Shown here one piece after another: positions 48,541-59,192 of a stretch of 64,000 nucleotides of DNA. The notes beneath the pieces are model-generated. The model was not told where the DNA came from and did not search any database. It worked only from the letters and a program-made list of their open reading frames with translations. Origin of the DNA: Candidatus Latescibacterota bacterium (GTDB lineage Bacteria > Latescibacterota > UBA2968 > UBA8231); contig OZ252098.1 of the NCBI GenBank assembly GCA_965248355.1, positions 4,896,001 through 4,960,000 on the forward strand. The letters are read 5' to 3'. Every line of letters starts with the position of its first letter. Positions within the stretch are counted from its first letter, which is position 1. The translations under genes were made by a program, and so were the position numbers.

Positions 48541-49302
48541 ATGGATGTGCGCACCATCCTGAGATGGATACTGCCGAAACCAGTCCGGGAAGCCTTGCGC
48601 TCGGTCCGCGGCCGTGTGCGCATGCGGCGCATTGGAGTCCGCAAGTTGGAAAGGATGCCGGGTGTCGTCTACGTGGGATCCGCCTATGGCGGCTACGCCA
48701 TACCTGCGGAGTTGGTCCGGGGGGGCACCGGACTGAGCTTCGGGGCCGGAGAGGATATCAGTTTTGAAGTCGGCCTCGCCACGGAACTGGGGGCGACTGT
48801 GCATATCTATGACCCCACGCCAAGGGCGATCGACTATTGCAGACGGGTCATCTCCGGACAGGATGCCAAGGAAGAGGGACAACTATTCATCCATCCCTAT
48901 GGGGTGTGGTCGGAGTGCAAGACGGAGAGATTCTACGCCCCTTCGGATCCGGAACATGTGAGCCACTCCATTGTCAACCTGCAGGACACCAGCGACTACT
49001 TCGAGGCGGAGTGTCTGTCCCCTGAAGAGATCCTGCGTCGGCTCGAACTGGAGAGGGTGTCCTTCGTGAAGCTCAATATTGAAGGGGCCGAGTACGAGGT
49101 GGTGGAGGCGATGTTCGACAGGAACATCAAGCCAGATGTGGTATGCATCACCTTGGACGAGCTGCACTCGCCGATGGATGGGGATGCCACGGGCAGGCTG
49201 CAAAGCCTGGTGAGGCGGTTCATCGCGGAATCGTACGCGCCGGTGAGTGCAGGTGAGTGTAAGGCCACTCTTGTTCGGCGGCAGGGAATCAGGAAGTCTT
49301 GA
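48541..49302 (+). CDS. FkbM-family methyltransferase
   Basis: SFGAGEDISFE, YDPTP, KLNIEGAEY. Confidence 0.8.
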   Translation: MDVRTILRWILPKPVREALRSVRGRVRMRRIGVRKLERMPGVVYVGSAYGGYAIPAELVRGGTGLSFGAGEDISFEVGLATELGATVHIYDPTPRAIDYCRRVISGQDAKEEGQLFIHPYGVWSECKTERFYAPSDPEHVSHSIVNLQDTSDYFEAECLSPEEILRRLELERVSFVKLNIEGAEYEVVEAMFDRNIKPDVVCITLDELHSPMDGDATGRLQSLVRRFIAESYAPVSAGECKATLVRRQGIRKS

Positions 49303-50507
49303 GCGTGGATCCCGGGCGGGGCCTAAACCGAATGGAATCGCCGAGCAAGATGCGCGATTCAAAGAGTGCGACTAGGGGGAAGTCGGTGATGATTATTCAA
49401 AGGATCATACCCCACTACAGGGTTTCCCTGTTTCGAGCCTTGTCGCAACTTCCAGATCTTGACCTTGTTGTCGTTCATGGAACCAAGTCTCTGGATTCTG
49501 GACACACAGTCCATGAAGGCGGGCTGCCCTTCAAGACGGCCATCGCCCAGTGGTACAGGGTCTCCATGTTTGGCTTTACCGCCACCCTGCAGCCCGGCAG
49601 TTTGTCCGCCGTCAGGTCCTTCCCTTCTCAGGTAGTCATTGCGGAGGGGACCTTCAACATCCTGACCAATTTCCTGGTGGCCCTCTACTGCCGGCTAACT
49701 GGCCGGAAATTCATCTGGTGGGTGGGAGCTTGGGAGCGACCTGAACGGAGAGCTTGGGCTCGCCGGCTTATTCGCGGGTTTACATGGCTGGCCCTGAAGC
49801 CAGCCAGTGCATTCATTGCTTACGGAACAGTGGCTAGAGACTACTTGATCGGACTGGGCGCGTCACCGCGAAAAATCCATATCGCACACAATACCATCGA
49901 CACGGACGAGATTTCCTCCAACTTGGCCCGCCACCTGCGGGATGGCCACAGCTTAAGGCGGGGGTTGGGAATTGAGGACAAGAAAGTCATCTTGAGCGTA
50001 GGTGCCCTGCTTCCCCAGAAGCGGGTCGATACCCTGATACGCGCCTATTCGAATGTCCGCAGGGGATGCCCCGACATCGCTCTCGTCATCGTGGGGGACG
50101 GCTCCTCACGGAATGCCTTGGAAGAGCTGGTCCAATGCCTTGGCGTGGAGGATGTGTTCTTTGCCGGTAGGATCGAGGAATCAAATCCCTATTTTGCCAT
50201 GGCAGACCTCTTCGTACTTCCCGGATTGGGAGGTTTGGCATTGAATCAAGCCATGGCCTTTGGGAAGCCTGTGATCTGCTCGGAGGCGGATGGAACTGAA
50301 CGCGACTTGGTGATCGAAGGGGTGAATGGGCACATTGTGAAACCGGGTGATGAGGAGGAGCTTGCTGCAGTGTTGGCAGACCTCCTTTCGGACGAAGAGC
50401 GGCTGAGAGAGATGGGGGAGGGATCTCTAAGAATCGTAAGAGAGAGAATCAATTTCGAGAATATGGTAGGGGAGTTCTCCAAGGCAATCCACTCTGTTTG
50501 CAGGTAG
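49299..50507 (+). CDS. Glycosyltransferase family 4
   Basis: PHYR, SVGALLPQKRVD, IVGDG, AMAFGKPVI; start uncertain. Confidence 0.85.
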   Translation: MSVDPGRGLNRMESPSKMRDSKSATRGKSVMIIQRIIPHYRVSLFRALSQLPDLDLVVVHGTKSLDSGHTVHEGGLPFKTAIAQWYRVSMFGFTATLQPGSLSAVRSFPSQVVIAEGTFNILTNFLVALYCRLTGRKFIWWVGAWERPERRAWARRLIRGFTWLALKPASAFIAYGTVARDYLIGLGASPRKIHIAHNTIDTDEISSNLARHLRDGHSLRRGLGIEDKKVILSVGALLPQKRVDTLIRAYSNVRRGCPDIALVIVGDGSSRNALEELVQCLGVEDVFFAGRIEESNPYFAMADLFVLPGLGGLALNQAMAFGKPVICSEADGTERDLVIEGVNGHIVKPGDEEELAAVLADLLSDEERLREMGEGSLRIVRERINFENMVGEFSKAIHSVCR

Positions 50508-50593
50508 AGACTGGCCATGGCAAAGCAGTAAGGCGCAAGGTCTTGCGCTGCTCGCGAGGGGCTGTGCCTACAAGAGGAGGCAGGAGGCACAGA

Positions 50594-53500
50594 TTACTCA
50601 AGGACAATGGCGGTGGGAACGTCCAGTCCGGTGACAAGGTTCTGAACTCTTGAACCGTCGAGGTGGCGCTTCGAATTCGGCCGGTGGCATTGTCGGTCCA
50701 GTACATCCGGCCTCCATCCAGATCCAATGCCAGCCCCCTGGGTTCTCCGAGGTTGGTGATGAGGTCCTCCACGTTGGATCCGTCGAGGTCGGATCTCTGA
50801 ATCTCACCAGCGCCGGCGTGGGTCCAGTATATCTTGTTGTCTTCCAAATCCAAAGCCAATCGATCGGGATTCCTCAGGCCAGCGACGAGGTCTTGGATAT
50901 TGGATCCATCAAGGTCAGCCCGATGGATCTTGTCCGTGCCTTGATCGGCCCAGTACATCTTGCCCTTGGCTACATCCAGGGCAAGTCCTCTGGGGGTAGA
51001 CAATCCGGTGGTGACAAGGTCCTCCACATTTGATCCATCGAGGTTGGCGCGCCGGATCCTGTCCCTTTCCATGTCCGTCCAGTACATCTTTCCGCCCATC
51101 AAATCCAGGGCAAGCCCTACGGGATAGCTCAAGCCGGCGGTGACAATGTCTTCGACCTTGGATCCGTCGAGGTTGGCCCGCTGGATCTTGTCCCGGGTGC
51201 CGGCGTGCGTCCAATACATCCTCGCTTTCTCTGGTATTCTGAGGGTATAGGCCCGCAAGACGGCTTGGTCCGAGGCCCTGCGTATTTCCACCTTGGCCTC
51301 ACCCGTCTCACAGGCGGCCAAGTAGAGGTCTTGTCCCCCGTAGCGAGTGACGGTGTCCTCTGGTTGTGCCGGGCACTCGCTGGCCGCTCCGCGGGATTGG
51401 GCGATCAGGATCCGAGCCGGAGTGCCGCTGGGGTTGGCCACAACGATGATTGGTTCCGTTGCACGGACCTCAAAGCGGCGCCAAGTCCCGTCTCGAGGCA
51501 GGGCCACCGAGACGAGGTTTGGCGACAGGGAGGCCACGGGATTGGCCAGGGCCAGGCCGGTCGGGCTGTCCGATGGGCGGTTGACGAGAGTTTCGACATT
51601 GGAGCCGTCCAGGTCTGCCCGCTGGATCTTGTCGGTTCCCGAATCAGTCCAGTAGATCTTGCCGCCGGCCACATCCAGGGCCAGGCCCTTGGCGATCCTC
51701 AGTCCAGTGGTGACGACGTCTTCCACGTTGGAGCCGTCGAGGTCGGCGCGCTGGATCTTGTCGGTGCCGTAGTCGGTCCAGTAGATCCTGCCCGCCCCCA
51801 GATCCAAGGCCAGCTCTCCAGGAATCTTCAATCCGGTGGTGACGAGGTCTTCCACGTGGGATCCGTCGAGGTTGGCCCGCTGGATCTTGTTGGTGCCGTA
51901 GTCGGACCAGTAGACCTTGCCGGCGTCCACATCCAGGGCCAGGCCTTCGGGGCTGTGCAGGCCAATGGAGACCAGGGTTTCCACCCGGGACCCGTCGAGG
52001 TTGGCGCGCTGGATCTTGTTGGACCCGGCGTCGGTCCAGTAGATCTGGCCCCGGGTCAGGTCCAGGGCGATGGCGACGGGACGGATCAAGCGGGAGGTGA
52101 CGACGGCCTTGGTCTCGGATCCGTCGAGGTTGGCCCGCCAGATCCAGCGGGTGTCCTGGTCGGACCAATAGATCTTGCCCTCCAGCACGTCCAGGGCCAG
52201 GCTTCGGGGCGAGCCGAAGGTGACGAGGTCTTCGACGTTGGAGCCATCGGAGTCGGCGCGCTGGATCTTGTCGCCGTTGGTCCAGTAGATCTTCGCGATG
52301 GTGGGACCCGTGGTCGCTGTTGGCAACTCATCAATGGTGAAGGTATAGGTCCGGAGGAGGGTCTTGTCCGAGGCCCGTCGCAACTCCACCTTGGCCGGGC
52401 CGGCCGAACATCCGGCCAGGTAGATGGTCTGGCCGTCCTCGCCGGTCAGGCTGTCCTGGGACTCGGCGGGGCATCGGTTGGCCTCCCCGCTGGTGGCGGT
52501 GGCCTGGACCGTCGGGGTGGAGCCGGTGGGGTTGGCGACGACGACCACGGCCTCGCTGGCCTGGACGGTGAATGGGTGCCAGGCACCGTCGTTGATGAAG
52601 TCCACGACCGACGGGTCTGGCGACAGCGTGGCCGTCGCGGGGGCGGGCTGGCCGATCGTGGCAATGTGCAGGGCTAGCCCCGTGGGCCCGCTCAGTGCGG
52701 TTGTGACGAGATCCTCGACATTGGATCCGTCGAGGTCGGCCCGTTGAATTCTCCCTCTTCCATGGTCGGTCCAGTACATCTTGCCGGCTGCCAGGTCCAA
52801 CGCCAGCCCATGAAGGATATCTCCTCTTGTGGCGACGAGATCTTGCATGTTGGACCCATCCAGGTTCGCGCGTTGTATCTTGTCCGTGCCCCAGTCGGTC
52901 CAGTAGATCTTTCCGGCCACCGTATCCAAGGTCAGGGCCGTAGGAGCGCGGAGTCCCGAGGTGACGAGGTCTTGTATGTTGGATCCATCCAGGTTGGCCC
53001 GCTGGATCTTCTTCGTCCTCTGGTCGGTCCAGTACATCCTGCCGGCGGCCACGTCCAACGCCAGTCCCTGGGGGTCGCTCAGCCCGGTGACGAGGTCCTC
53101 CACGGTGGATCCGTCCAGGTTGGCGCGTTGGATTTTGCCGGTCCTCTGATCGGTCCAGTACATCTTGCCTGCGGCCACATCCAACTCCAGCGCCGCAGGT
53201 CCGATCAAGCCGACAGTGACGAGATCCTCCACCTGGGACCCGTCGAGGTTGGCGCGCTGGATCTTGTCGGTGCCGTTGTCGGTCCAGTACATCTTGCCGG
53301 CCGCCACATCCAGGGCAAGCTCTTTGGGTCCACTCAGTCCGGCGGTGACGAGATCTACGACGTTGGACCCGTCGAGGTTGGCGCGTTGAATCCTGTGCGT
53401 GCCCCGGTCCAGCCAGTACATCCGGGACGTCCCGCTACCGATGCCGCCCTGCCCGCCGATCTGCTGGAGCACGAAATGCGTGGCGATGAGCCAGACGTCG

Positions 53501-54396
53501 ATATAGTCGATCCGGCCGTCGCTGTTCATGTCGCCTTGGGAGATGTCACCGTTGTTGGGCATGGTGATGGAGTTGTCGGCGATGTACGTAGCCACCAACA
53601 GGGCGTCCACAATGTCGACCCGGCCGTTGTTGTCCACGTCGCCCAACAGCCCGCTGGCCGCGGCCTTTTCTCGAGGGATGGTGCCCGGCTCCTCGACCAC
53701 CAGGTACAGGGCACCCTGGCTGGCGTCCACTCGGAAGGCCGGGTCCACATAGGTGACCAGGCCCGGACCGGAGACGGTCAGGCCAAAGACGGAAGAGCCT
53801 GTCGCCATGGAGGCAGAGCCAACGGGTTGGGGACCATTCGAAACCGCTGCTCCCGCCGAGACGCCCGCCTGACCGTCCACCAGCACCATTCGCTGAGTGG
53901 CCACCATCGAGCCGCTCTGCAGCCGGTAGAGATAGACCCCGGCCGCCGCGGCGCGCCCCGTGGCATCGGTGCCGTCCCACTGCGCACTGTGAAATCCGGC
54001 AGGCTGCTCCCCATCCACCAGCGTCGCGATTCGCTGGCCGAGGAGGTTGAACACTTCCAGGCGCATGTACGAGGAGGCTGGCAGTTGATAGGGGATGATG
54101 GTGGAGGGGTTGAAGGGGTTGGGGTAGTTCTGCCCCAGGGAGAATCGCTCCGGCAGGGCCGACGGGGCCAACTCCTCCAGGGACAGAGAGAACCAGCCGG
54201 CCTCATCCGTTGTCGCAGAGGCCGGCCGACGCAGATCGGTCAGGTCGAAGAGCATTACCTGAGCCTGGGGGGCCGGGTCCCCGGACGGCAGGCTCACGCG
54301 GCCCTCAAGGAGGGATTCGGCTCCGGCCGGCAGGCTGGATAGCGACCCGAGGACGGCCACCGAAGGGACGGCGAGTCTCAGGATTGCAGTCTTCAT
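50594..54396 (-). CDS. Large secreted protein: FlgD/CTD-like Ig domain, dockerin, 17 YWTD (LDL-receptor class B) repeats; 1-nt deletion at about 50664
   Basis: Signal peptide, QNYPNPFNPST, GDVDNNGRVDIVD/GDMNSDGRIDYID, repeated MYWTD..KIQRANLDGS. Restoring one base gives ..SANLDGSRVQNLVTGLDVPTAIVLE* ending at 50594 and removes the overlap with the convergent GT4. Confidence 0.88.
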
Positions 54397-55577
54397 ATCG
54401 GTCCCCCCAATTGGTTAGCTGATGGAGGCTCACCCAAGACAAGAGGAATCAGCCTGTCGAGGTGTCGCTCCCTGGTAAACGCCTGCCGGTACCGGTCGAT
54501 GGAGGCTCGACTCATGGCGTTGAATCGGGCCGGCTCTCGAGTGTAAGACTCGATCACCCGTGCGATTCCCTCGGGCCGGTCAAAGGGGACCAAGTGCGCT
54601 TCCCTGCCTTCTTCGACCATTTCGGGTATTGTGCGAAAAGGTGTCGAAATCACTATCAGCCCGAAGGCCAGGGCCTCAATGATCGAGATCGGCTGGGCTT
54701 CGTACCTGTAGCAGGTGGGAAGCAGAAAGAAATGACTCTCTCTGAGGAACTGCAGTTTCTCTTCACCGTCTACAGGACCATGCCAGAAAGCATGGTTGTC
54801 GAGACTCGCACCTTCGATCCGGGCACGAAAATCGGCCTCCGCCGCTTCGGGGCTTGAGTACGGACAGATGTCGGAGGCGAGGACGAAGCTGCCGCAGAAG
54901 TGACATTCGGCATCGACCCCCTTGTCCTGCACCAGGATCCGAAGGGCTTCGAGGACCTGAAGGTAGCCCTTGCTCACGATCAGGTTGGACAGGAAGAGAA
55001 GCCTTGGGCGGCCCTGTAATGCCGCTGGAAGGCGCTTGGGCTCCCCAGGGGTTTCCTCGCGGTCGTAGGGTAGTCCATTGAAGAGGACCACGGTCCTCTT
55101 CCGCAGGGAAGGTTCAAAATCGAACATCCCGGAGAGCGCTCGTCCGAGGACCAGTATCCTGTGGACCCGCCTGAGAACAGCACGGACGACGTACCTCCGC
55201 AATGGCCCCAGCGAGTAGTAGAAGCCGTCGTAGTTCCCCCCATGAACGTGAATTACGATACGCTGCCGGCCCCCGACGGCCAGGAGTATGAATAGGCTGT
55301 CCCTGAGGAAGCCCATCCAGTTCTGGGCGGAGCTGAGGTAGAGGGTTTTCCGGCCCCAGATCAAATGGAGCGCTTTGCAGAAAGGCCTGAGGAGCTGCCA
55401 CATTCGTACCAGGGAAAAGGCACCCTCCGGCCTCGTGTGCCCTCCTCCGCTGAGGTCGATCACTCGGAATGGCAACTGCCGCTCCCGAAAACCGTCGCAG
55501 GCCATCTGGAATGCAATGGTCTGTCCGGTAAGGGGAGGAGGGAGGGAGCCGATCAGGACTGTCTGGGGGATAGACAA
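54393..55577 (-). CDS. Glycosyltransferase family 4
   Basis: PPPLTGQ, HVHGG, FLSNLIVSKG, EAQPISIIEALAFG. Confidence 0.88.
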   Translation of the reverse strand: MSIPQTVLIGSLPPPLTGQTIAFQMACDGFRERQLPFRVIDLSGGGHTRPEGAFSLVRMWQLLRPFCKALHLIWGRKTLYLSSAQNWMGFLRDSLFILLAVGGRQRIVIHVHGGNYDGFYYSLGPLRRYVVRAVLRRVHRILVLGRALSGMFDFEPSLRKRTVVLFNGLPYDREETPGEPKRLPAALQGRPRLLFLSNLIVSKGYLQVLEALRILVQDKGVDAECHFCGSFVLASDICPYSSPEAAEADFRARIEGASLDNHAFWHGPVDGEEKLQFLRESHFFLLPTCYRYEAQPISIIEALAFGLIVISTPFRTIPEMVEEGREAHLVPFDRPEGIARVIESYTREPARFNAMSRASIDRYRQAFTRERHLDRLIPLVLGEPPSANQLGGPI

Positions 55578-55611
55578 GGTGTGAGGCGCCCATCAAGGCG
55601 GGATGGCTTGC

Positions 55612-56198
55612 TCACTTGAGCTTGGCATAGCAAATCCATGTGTACCACAAGGCCTCTTCAAAGAAGAGCTGGTGAGATGACTTTTCGGGGCGCTTCAACA
55701 GCGGGGGCGGAGTCGGGTAGGACCGTTCATCCCAGTCATCTCCCCAGCGGGTCTTGTCGGGTTTGAAAATCGGTGGGAATTCGAAATAGATATCGAGGTT
55801 CTTGTGCAAGACACGGGCGGCAATCTCGTTGGGGCAGATGCGCGACACCTCGTACTGTGGGCTTAGAAAAAGCAGAGCAAGTCCCGATCGTCGTAGACTG
55901 CTTTCTGGGAAACATACTCGCGGTTCCTCAAGTCCAGGTCGATGGAAAGCAACTTGGCCTGGGGGCATGCCGTTTCCAGCAGCCAGGTGCTTTGTCCTTT
56001 CCATACCCCACTCTCTACGATCAAGTCGGGCGAGAGCTTTCTCGCCATGAACCAAAGGGCAAACATATGGGGTGACTTCATGCCCCCACGATTGTCCTTG
56101 ATGGGCCTGGTGGCATAGATCTCCGCGAACGTATCCAGCCCATTCAGAATCTCTTCACGGCTCCAAGGTGGTTGGCCGATTGTCACTGGGGGATTCAC
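55612..56198 (-). pseudogene. Class I SAM methyltransferase-like protein, split at about 55880
   Basis: N-part IVESGVWKGQSTW..SIDL stops at 55863; coding-like C-part (YFEFPP..YTWICYAKLK) is in another frame. Confidence 0.6.
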
Positions 56199-56229
56199 AA
56201 TCGGGACTTCTCCGGGCGGTAGTTGTGGT

Positions 56230-57729
56230 TTACTCGTGAGGCTTGTGAAGAGGGGTCCCGGTCTTCAAGACTTGGCGCAGCGTCCGCAACTCGTTCAGCA
56301 GGCCCCGGCCCTCCAAGGCCAGCAGGGCGACCCCGTAGAAACATACGAAGATGCCCGCGCCCAGTACAAAGGCCACCGCAGTGGGGAAACCCTCGATGAG
56401 CGGCCCGGCCGCCAGGCGGGCGCCGGCGGCCGCCCCCGCCGCAAGCAGGGGCGGAGCGATGCTGCGCAGCCAGGGCACCTCCACGTGGCGGGCGCTCCGG
56501 TGCAGGGCCACCAAGGTCCCCAGCAAGGCCGCCAGGTTCATGGCCATGGCCGTTCCCTCGATGGCGAAGTCGCGCGTGAGCAGGGGCGCGGCCGCGAGAA
56601 GGACGGCGGCCTGCACCGCGACGAAGGCGGCCGATCCGCGGGGATCGCCGATGCTGCGCAGCAGCGCGTGGACGGCTTCCAGCAGGGGGCGGCAGAGGGA
56701 GAAGAGGAGGAGCCAGCGCAGAATGGAGGCCATGGGCATCCAGCTCTCGTCGAGGAACAGGAGGGTGAGGGCGGGAATCTCGATGGCCACGAGAAGGGAG
56801 AGGGGCACCGCCGAGCGCATGATCAGTCTCAGGGCCCGGCGAAAGGCGCCGGCGAGCTGCTCGCGGTCCTGTTGGTAGCGCGCGAAGACGGCGACCATGA
56901 CGCCGGTGAGGGCGTGGGTGATAACGCCGGTGGGCAGCTGGGCGAAGACATGGGCGCGTTCGTAGAACCCCAGGCTCTTCAGGTCGAGCAGGAACCCCAC
57001 CACGAGGCGGTCGAAGTTGAGCACGAAGGCCTGCAGCATCGTCGCCAGCCAGATCCAGGCCCCGTAGTCGAACATGCGCCGGGCTTCATCCGGGCGGAAG
57101 TCGGAGAGGCGGAAGGGCAGGGGGGAGCGGCTGCGCCAGAGCATCGCCCAGTAGACGGCGACATAGCCGATCCCGTAGACGGAATGACTGAGGATGAGAG
57201 CCCAGATCCCGCCTCCCAGCAAGGCCACGGCGATGCCCGAGGCCGCGGCGGCGATCAGGGCGAGGGCATGGGCGGCTGCGAGTGAGCCGAACTCGAGGTC
57301 GCGCCGGAGCTGGGTCTCGGCGGTCAGGGCCGTGGCCCGGAGAAGGTCGAAGGCGGCGAAGACGGCCAGGGCCATGGCCACCCCGCGGGCGTCCACGAAG
57401 AAGACGGCCAGGGCGATGGCCCCGACGGCGCCGAGGACGGCGAGGGCCGTGTTCAGAAAGAAGTGGGTAGGGGCGAGCTCGTCGACGCGCTTGTAGCGAT
57501 GCAGCAGGGCATTGTGGAGACCGAAGCTGCGCAGGGCCGACACCAGGGCGAGCCAGGAGGCGGCGAGGGCGACCTGGCCGAAGGCCTCCGGGGGGAGCTC
57601 GCGGGTGAGGACGACGATGGCGATCCAGCTGACGAGCCGGCCCGCGTAGGCGCTGCTGAGGGTTTGGACCGCGCCCCGGGCGATCCGTCCGACCGCCGCC
57701 CCTTCCGTGCCGTCCTTCGTCTGGTGCAC
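56230..57729 (-). CDS. Wzx-type oligosaccharide flippase
   Basis: LTRELPPEAFG, GGIWALI, DRLVVGFLL..LGFYERA; many TM helices. Confidence 0.85.
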   Translation of the reverse strand: MHQTKDGTEGAAVGRIARGAVQTLSSAYAGRLVSWIAIVVLTRELPPEAFGQVALAASWLALVSALRSFGLHNALLHRYKRVDELAPTHFFLNTALAVLGAVGAIALAVFFVDARGVAMALAVFAAFDLLRATALTAETQLRRDLEFGSLAAAHALALIAAAASGIAVALLGGGIWALILSHSVYGIGYVAVYWAMLWRSRSPLPFRLSDFRPDEARRMFDYGAWIWLATMLQAFVLNFDRLVVGFLLDLKSLGFYERAHVFAQLPTGVITHALTGVMVAVFARYQQDREQLAGAFRRALRLIMRSAVPLSLLVAIEIPALTLLFLDESWMPMASILRWLLLFSLCRPLLEAVHALLRSIGDPRGSAAFVAVQAAVLLAAAPLLTRDFAIEGTAMAMNLAALLGTLVALHRSARHVEVPWLRSIAPPLLAAGAAAGARLAAGPLIEGFPTAVAFVLGAGIFVCFYGVALLALEGRGLLNELRTLRQVLKTGTPLHKPHE

Positions 57730-57837
57730 GGTTCCTTCCCGGCCCTCCTCGGGCCTTTCAGGTACGGGCCCGGCCCTCGGACTGACGCCGATCGAAGACC
57801 GGGTTCGGCCGCCTTGCGGGAACTGGCCGGACCGGCC

Positions 57838-58308
57838 CTACTCGAAGTACTCGTCCTCCCGGAACCGGGTCCACGATTCGAAGACGGGAAAAGGCGAAGG
57901 CAGGCTGTTGCGGGGATCGTTGAGCTTGAAGGAGATCCTGTCGCCGTCGAAGACGCTCCGGACGGAGATGGAGAGGTCCTTCGTCGGGATGCAGTCGTCG
58001 CACTTGTCGGGGAACTCCTGCCTGGACTCCGGATCCTCGAAATGAATCACGAATTCGGCGTCCTGGAACTTGGCGCCGCCGGCCTTCTCGAGGCGGTAAT
58101 CGGCGGCGGAGATCTCCCACTGGCGGAACGACCGGTCCTGCAGCGCCGACTTGACCTGGACCGGTTGCACCGGGTCGTCCTCTCCGCAGGACGAGGCGAG
58201 GAGCAGAGCGGCCGTGAGCGTGATCGCGGTCACGACGTGGGTGTGCCAGCGGGTATCGGGAAGGGCCTGGGACTTCACGCGGGATCGGGCGGCGGCTGTC
58301 AGGGTCAT
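57838..58308 (-). CDS. Hypothetical lipoprotein
   Basis: Hydrophobic stretch ending LASSC, followed by a CDDC-containing domain. Confidence 0.55.
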   Translation of the reverse strand: MTLTAAARSRVKSQALPDTRWHTHVVTAITLTAALLLASSCGEDDPVQPVQVKSALQDRSFRQWEISAADYRLEKAGGAKFQDAEFVIHFEDPESRQEFPDKCDDCIPTKDLSISVRSVFDGDRISFKLNDPRNSLPSPFPVFESWTRFREDEYFE

Positions 58309-58379
58309 CCTCCATCGACAGGTTGCGCGCATCCCCATACGACGATCCGCGGACCGGCAAGGTTCCGTCCCCGGCGGCC

Positions 58380-59192
58380 TCAGCCGCCGACGCCCCCTCC
58401 CCGCACGTGATAGAGCAGGGGGTTCTGCTCGTCGTTGTCGAGCGCGTCGCCCTCCGACAGGGTGGCCAGGTATTCGGGAGGGAGCACGTTCTTCTGGCCG
58501 TTGAAGGTGCTGCCGTCGGGCATGAAGCCGCAGGTCATGGCGCGCCTTCGGCCGGGGGTCATGTTGGCCCCGGCGCCGTGGGCGAGCAGGCCGTTGTGGA
58601 AGGAGCAGGATCCGGCCTTCATGGGGGCGGCGTCCGCCTCGAGCACCGCCCACTCGGGGTACTGCTCGAAGAGGGCGCCGATGTCCTGCCCAATGGGGCC
58701 GTTGGCCCAGGTGGCGGTCCTGTGCGTCCCGGGGAGGAAGTAGAGGCAGCCGTTGTCGCGGGTGACGTCGTCGAGGGCGACCCAGAGGCTGATGGCGTGG
58801 CGCGACGAGAACGACCAGTAGGGGTTGTCCAGGTGCCAGCCGGTGGGGTTGGCCCAGGGCTCCTTGACGAGGGCCTGGTCGTGCCAGATGCGGATGCCGT
58901 CCACGCCGGCCAGCTCGGCGGCCATCTTGCCGATCCGCGCGTCGAGCATCAGGCCGCGGACGCCGTCGTGGTCCATCCACAGGTTGATGCGCTGGGTGAA
59001 GACCTTGTCGTAGTAGGAGTCGCCGGCCCGCCAGTCGCTGTTGGCGAGTTTGCGGTCCTCGCGGGCGGCCACCGCCGCGTCGATCCGGCGCCGCCAGAGG
59101 GCCAGCTCCTCCGCCGACAGGAAACCGTGGATGACGACGTATCCGCGTTCCTCGTAGCGGGCGATCTGATCGGGGGTGACCTCGGTTCTCAC
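58380..59192 (-). CDS. PhyH-family dioxygenase
   Basis: WHDQALVKEP, WHLDNP, NGCLYFLPGTH, LAHGAGAN..RR. Confidence 0.9.
   Translation of the reverse strand: MRTEVTPDQIARYEERGYVVIHGFLSAEELALWRRRIDAAVAAREDRKLANSDWRAGDSYYDKVFTQRINLWMDHDGVRGLMLDARIGKMAAELAGVDGIRIWHDQALVKEPWANPTGWHLDNPYWSFSSRHAISLWVALDDVTRDNGCLYFLPGTHRTATWANGPIGQDIGALFEQYPEWAVLEADAAPMKAGSCSFHNGLLAHGAGANMTPGRRRAMTCGFMPDGSTFNGQKNVLPPEYLATLSEGDALDNDEQNPLLYHVRGGGVGG

Noticed and set aside
50449..50593. C-terminal extension of the 1315-aa ORF overlapping the convergent GT4
   Set aside because: It results from the 1-nt deletion at about 50664; the corrected frame ends at 50594
50594..53430. Regularly spaced near-identical DNA repeats (GATCCGTCGAGGTTGGC.., GGTCCAGTA) suggesting a CRISPR array or DGR
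   Set aside because: They are in-frame coding YWTD repeats of about 43 codons with synonymous variation; no cas or reverse-transcriptase gene is present
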